Positions 58,431 to 64,000 of a stretch of 64,000 nucleotides of DNA are shown one piece after another (positions within the stretch are counted from its first letter, which is position 1; every line of letters begins with the position of its first letter). The notes below the pieces were generated by a model, which was not told where the DNA came from, made no database searches, and saw only the letters and a list, made by a program, of their open reading frames with translations. The stretch lies in assembly GCF_009914755.1 (NCBI RefSeq), contig NC_060939.1. One strand, given 5' to 3'. This DNA comes from the human T2T-CHM13v2.0 reference genome, Homo sapiens. The position numbers and the translations under genes were made by a program.

Positions 58431-59340
58431 TTTTTTAACTAATAGGGTACTCTACTGGGTCAGGCCAGGTAAACAACCCTGTCATGTGGGTGAGGTCAAT
58501 AACACTTGGAAATCAAGGAAGATGAAGAAGTCATGAAGATTTTCTTGAAGTGTATTTATTATAAAGAGCCTAATCTTTAATCGAGGCACTGCAGCAGTAG
58601 ACATGTTGGCTTACTCTTTATTGACTTAATTGACCTTCTAAACTAAACAATGTTTGGAATGTGAGTGTTTTTGTCAGTGATTCTGTAGGGGCCCAGTGAA
58701 TTCAGGCAGCATTCTGCTTCTTCTGTCTCTCTTTGGCCGAGTGCCTTATCCCAACAGTCCAGTATTCATGTTCAGAGCAAAGAAGAGGTAGATCAAATCC
58801 ACTAGCCAAAGAATAAACTGAAAACCAGAATTTTCCAGCTTGTGCTTATTCTGGCCTCCATATCATACCTTCATATCTTGAAAGTTTTATCACCAGAAAA
58901 TCAAGAGCCAAGTAACAAAGGATCTTATTAGTTTGATCTTGATTTAAAGAGAGAAAAAAATAGGATTAAAAACAATATCTTCTATGTCAAGTGAAAGGAA
59001 TAAAAATAACCTGGCTCTGGCTCCCCAAAGGTAACGAGTCCCTTAGGATCATGAGCCTTCTAAGAACTTAGTACCCATCTCCCACCAAAACACCAAGCTG
59101 GGGCATTTGGCATTGAAAATGGCCTCGAATATTTAAATTGCTTTTTTCCTGTGAGTTTAAACAGGGAAGAAGTGGGCCCTTCCCTTATTTCTAAACTCTT
59201 GACTCTCGGGCATTAGACATCAAGCTGTGAGGAAGTACGTGAAATCACAGCATTGAATTCTCTTGCTGGGAGGAGGAAATCTTTAATGTCCAACTGGGTT
59301 TAATACAGGAACTTTTTTGTTTTTTAAACTATCTTTTGGA

Positions 59341-59655
59341 TTAAGGCTGCAGTGAACCGTGATCATGCCACTGCACTCCAGCCTGGGTGACAGAGTGAGA
59401 CCCTGTCTCAAAAACAAAACAAAAATTATCTCTTGGGCTGGGTACAGTGGCTCACACCTTTAATCACAGTGAGACCTCATTTCTACAAAAAATAAAAATA
59501 AATTAGCTGGGCATGGTGGCTCATGTCTGTAGTCCCGGCTACTCTAGAAGCGCTGTGCCCAGGAGTTCAAGGCTACACTGAGCTGTGATCATGCCACTGC
59601 ACAGCCTGAGCTACAGAGTGAGACCCTATCTCTTAAAACAAACAAACATATATAC
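59341..59655 (+). mobile_element. 5'-truncated AluJ fragment (59341-59425) followed by an internally deleted AluJ (59435-59655)
   Basis: Two tandem Alu 3' ends separated and flanked by copies of the same target sequence. Confidence 0.85.
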
Positions 59656-60299
59656 AAACAATCTTTTGGAACCTCAAGGTAAGGTCAGAAAACTTGGTCT
59701 TGCTTAGAGGACGGGACTTCAGTCTTAGAAGGGAGGGAGACCCCATCTCCCTCCATCTAATTACACATTCCAATTGAGACACTTTTGAGAGTAAAAAGGG
59801 ACTTTATTAATAACGTTATAATAATTCATAACTTTATTAATAACTGCATCAGAACAATACATTCCAGGACCCTCTTGGAGAGACTAGGATGTAGGGTTAC
59901 CTACCTTTAGCATGCTGTAGAGATCACCCATGATCCAAGACATCTCACTGTAAGAGCTTCAGGCAGTGATTTTTAAGGAACTTCTATTTTGTTTTTACTG
60001 CTTAATATCTTACAATCTTCTATTAGATCATAAACATAGGTGTTTCGATAAGCTTCTCATATCTACCATTTTCATTGGTGTAGACTCAATTTTGAATTGT
60101 ATTCATAGTTATGAATTGTGTTGCCTCTGCATTAAACAGTTGAGTTTTATAATGGCAGAAGGGCACAATGGGAAGGGAGGAGGAAGAGATGGGTGAAGGG
60201 AGAGAGAGAATGTGAAAGTGAAGGTAGTGAGTTTGCAGAACTCAGACATCGTAGTAAAACACCTGGCAAGATCGTCTGCTGAGAGCCAGGGGCCAGGAG

Positions 60300-61080
60300 C
60301 TTCAGGAAGTGTGTCAGGGAGTCATATCCAAAGCAGAACAGTGGCCAAGAGTGGTGAGTTCTGCACTTTCAGGATGATATCTGAATACTTAAACCTTTAG
60401 CCATAAGAGGGCAGTTTTAGGCATCCTATACCTGGGGAAACAAGGCTGAAAACACTCATTTTTTAAAATCCTTATTTCAGAGATAAGGGCAAGGCCAACT
60501 AATTTGATAGCACAAAGGGGCCTTAACTTTATTTCTACAGCTATTGTATTCCTGGATGACTCAGCTTTAAGATAGTTTCCCCTTGACTTTAAGAAATGAC
60601 TCACATACTTTTACTATGGAAGTGACAGGGGCTGCTAGGCCCCTAACCGCCCACCTGTCAGCGAGCCATGTTAGCTTAACTGTATTTTTCTCTTAGGCTA
60701 AACTTAGTGGGAAAGATATTCAAGTACCTCTTTCATGTCCCCTGCTTACTCATGCTGGCGAGTACTGTGTGCCTTTATTCCAGACGATTCAAACTTCCTT
60801 CTTATCCACCTGACATTTTGTGGCATATCCACAGATGCCATGCATGGGCCTGGCATGGAACATACAGAGATGACTCAGAGTCTCCATCCACAAGGAACAC
60901 CAAGTCTCGAGTCCCTGTATTTTAGCCTATTTAGTCATGCTAGTGTCATTTGGGGAAGTGGCTGTTGAAATAATAGCTTTCAGGCAGCCTTTGCCTTGTC
61001 CTTCTTTAGGTGTAGGGGCTTGAGAAAAAGGTGAGGGGTCTTTTCTGTTCCCAGCAAGTTGCCTTTCCAAAATGGCCGCG
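60300..61080. promoter_or_regulatory. Candidate intronic enhancer (AP-1/ETS/GATA/YY1 motif cluster)
   Basis: TGACTCA at 60557, 60597 and 60871; AGATAAG at 60481; several GGAAGT; CAAAATGGCCGC at 61068. Motif evidence only. Confidence 0.4.
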
Positions 61081-61620
61081 CAATACTCATCTGTCTAAGG
61101 CCCAGCTAGTGTTTCAGATTTCATCTTACTTTAAAAAGCGGCAGCAAGATTATATAGTTACCTAGTGCTAATCCCATAAGAATTAAATACATAGAGCCTC
61201 ATTTAAAAACAGATTAATGTAGCTGTTAGTAATAACAGGCCAGGGAGAGGCCCCAGGCACTAAAGGTGTTTGGTAACTGACATCAGGGGAGGTCCCAGGA
61301 GGACCTTCCAGAAGGCTGATCCTGGAGCTGGGCACCATGTCTTTGCCCTTCCCTTGCATGGGAGAGGTGGCATCTCTTCACAGAACATCCAGCAGTCTGT
61401 CTGACATCAGGCAGGGTTGGCCCTTTATCCAGATCAGATGTGTTTGGATTTAATTAAATTGAGGCTCCCAAAGTGCCTACACAATTAGCTGTAATTGCTC
61501 CTCAGTAGTGTAGCAAATCTGAGTTTTGTAACTGTCCCAATGACATCTGAACATCTGCTCTAGGTCTCAAATAATTAGTCTCAAACCTGAGTAATGATAG
61601 ATGGGTCTAAAAGGAATCAA

Positions 61621-61950
61621 AGCTGGGTGCAGTGGCTCACACCTGTAATCTCAGCACTTTGGGAAAGGAAGCCAAGGTGGGCAGACCTCTTGAGCTCAGA
61701 AGTTCGAGACCAGCCTGGGCAACATAGTGGAACCTCCCAGGCAAGTTCGCCCATCTCTACAAAAAATCAGAAATTAGCTGGGTTTGGTGGCATGTGCCTA
61801 TAGTCCCAGCTACTCAAGAGGCTAAGGTGGAAGGACGTCTTGAGCTTGGGGAGGTCAAGGCTGCAGTGAGCCATGATCATGCCACTGTACTCCAGCCTAG
61901 GGAGACAGAGCGAGACCGTCTCAAAAAAATAAGAATAAAAATAATAAAAG
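61621..61950 (+). mobile_element. AluJ-type element
   Basis: TSD aaaaggaatcaa; short non-Alu insert near 61730-61750. Confidence 0.9.
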
Positions 61951-62909
61951 GAATCAAATGGTTGGGGGGAGTAAGATGTTTAATAATTGAAGCATAAATC
62001 TCTGGAGTACTATTACCTAAGTAGATTTGTGATATAAGGCAAGGGGCTTGGGCTTTGGGGTTGACATGGTCCAAAGTCTAGCGTTGGACTTTGAGTAGAC
62101 ACGGTCATGAGTAGACATGGCCCTACTCATTATGTGAGGGTGGACAAGTCATTTCATGTCTTTAAATCTGCTTCCTTGTCTGTGTTTAAGTTCCTAGAAG
62201 AGAGGCTGAACACTGTACATCTGTTGTTTCATCCATTCATTTAGGTAACACTGATTGAGTGCCCACCAAGTATCTGGCCTCACAGATACAGTGGTGAACA
62301 AGAGCAAGAATATCTTTGCTTCATGGAGTTTATAATCTAATAGAGTCTCATTCAATGTTGGAACAAAACATAAAGATATAGTTAGCTAAGAGATGACAAA
62401 ATTAGGCAGAAACCTTAGGAAGCGGTGGAGAAGTAAATATTTAATAACAATTTAAAATAAGTTTCTCAGTACTATTTCTTAGGCAGGCAAATAATGTCCC
62501 CAGCACAAACCATTGCTCCAGCATGAGTGATATGTTGGGTGTCTTTAGCATTGTCGAAACTGGCCTGAGGAAATGTAAACATCTTTTTTTCCCTTATTTT
62601 TTTGCTAGATTTTAAAACTGGTTAGATTCATATTTAAAAAGAAATAAATACACATGAGAAAAACAGTCAAACTGTGCCAAAGGCTACATACAATGAGTGA
62701 AACTAGATCTTTTTCCTACCCTAGACCCCCAGTTTTTCTCCCCAGGAAATCAATATCTGCTGCAATTTCCCAGTGAATATTCAGTCAGATATGTGTGTAT
62801 GTAATCCCTTAAAACCCAAGCAAACACGGGAGAGGGTGCCAGCCCCACTGTTTCACCCCTTGTTTTTATCCCTTAAGATGGCTCAGAGCCATTCCATGTC
62901 AGATCAGAT

Positions 62910-62910
<1 letters not shown>

Positions 62911-62949
<39 letters not shown>

Positions 62950-63230
62950 GAGACGGGGTCTCACTCTGTCACTCAGACTGGAGTGTAGTGGCACAATCTT
63001 GGCTCACTGCAACCTCCCTTCCCAGGCTCAAGCGATTCTCCCACCTCAGCCTCCCAAGTAGCTGGGACTACAGGCACGTGTCACCACTGCCTGGATAATT
63101 TTTGTATTTTTAGCAGAGACAGGGTTTCACCATGTTGGCCAGGCTGGTCTTGAACTCCTGAACTCAAATGATCCACCCGCCTCAGCCTCCCAAAGTGCTG
63201 GGATTACAAGCATCAGCCACCGCGCCCGGC
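62911..63230 (-). mobile_element. Alu (S-type) with ~37-nt poly-T
   Basis: Antisense Alu within an old L1 remnant (about 62600-63650). Confidence 0.94.
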
Positions 63231-63671
63231 CAGATTCATCCTTTTTCACCACAGTGTAGTCCTTCATTTAACCAGTCCTCTACTGATGGAAATTTAGGTT
63301 GTTTCCAAACCTTTGCTGCTACAAACACCAAAAATGCTGCAGTGAACATTCTTGCATGTACATGTTTACATACATATGCAGTATAAAGTCCCCAAAGGCA
63401 GAATTACTAGACCAAAGGTTTGTACTTTAAAAAACATGAACAGATGTTACCACATTGCCTTCCAAGGCCTATACCAATGTGTACTCCTTCAACAGTGGAT
63501 GGACCAGAGGGCCTGTTACCCACACTTCTTCCAGTCCTGGGTATTGGCAAACTTCATCTTTTCTAACATGGGCAGTGGAAAATGATTTCTAAGTGTCATT
63601 TTAACTTGCATCTATTTAACAATGAGTGACATGAAGCATCTTTTCGAGCTGCACTTTTAAAAGACAAAAGA

Positions 63672-63987
<316 letters not shown>

Positions 63988-64000
63988 TCAACTAGGACAA

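Noticed and set aside
62092-62122. 16-bp imperfect tandem duplication tgagtagaca(c/t)gg
   Set aside because: Real but trivial slippage within a degenerate MIR-like region, with no functional hint.

Overview
Primate genomic DNA, almost certainly human, with low CpG content and many Alu/L1/MIR repeats. The window lies entirely within the + strand gene ABHD2 (alpha/beta-hydrolase domain protein 2). It holds one 100-nt 5'UTR exon (6578-6677) and the first three coding exons (9157-9350, 44513-44688, 48202-48369; codons 1-179, phases compatible, all GT-AG). The promoter and the remaining exons lie outside the window. The 35-kb intron after the first coding exon carries a full-length antisense processed HMGB1 pseudogene (27901-29520, 17-bp TSD, Alu-interrupted) and an Alu-interrupted U7 snRNA retrocopy (13296-13670). 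The rest is about 30 Alus plus L1, L2, MIR, MaLR and DNA-transposon remnants. Nearly all other ORFs in the track are Alu-derived or chance. I found no new protein-coding system. The best leads are: a locally templated ~90-bp insertion inside an Alu, UG-repeat cryptic exons with TDP-43-type architecture, two strong poison-exon candidates, a possible exon 2-3 circRNA encoding a 66-aa membrane-anchor peptide, a head-to-head hAT composite, and template-switch palindromes. Repeat family names come from recalled consensus sequences and old-repeat boundaries are approximate.
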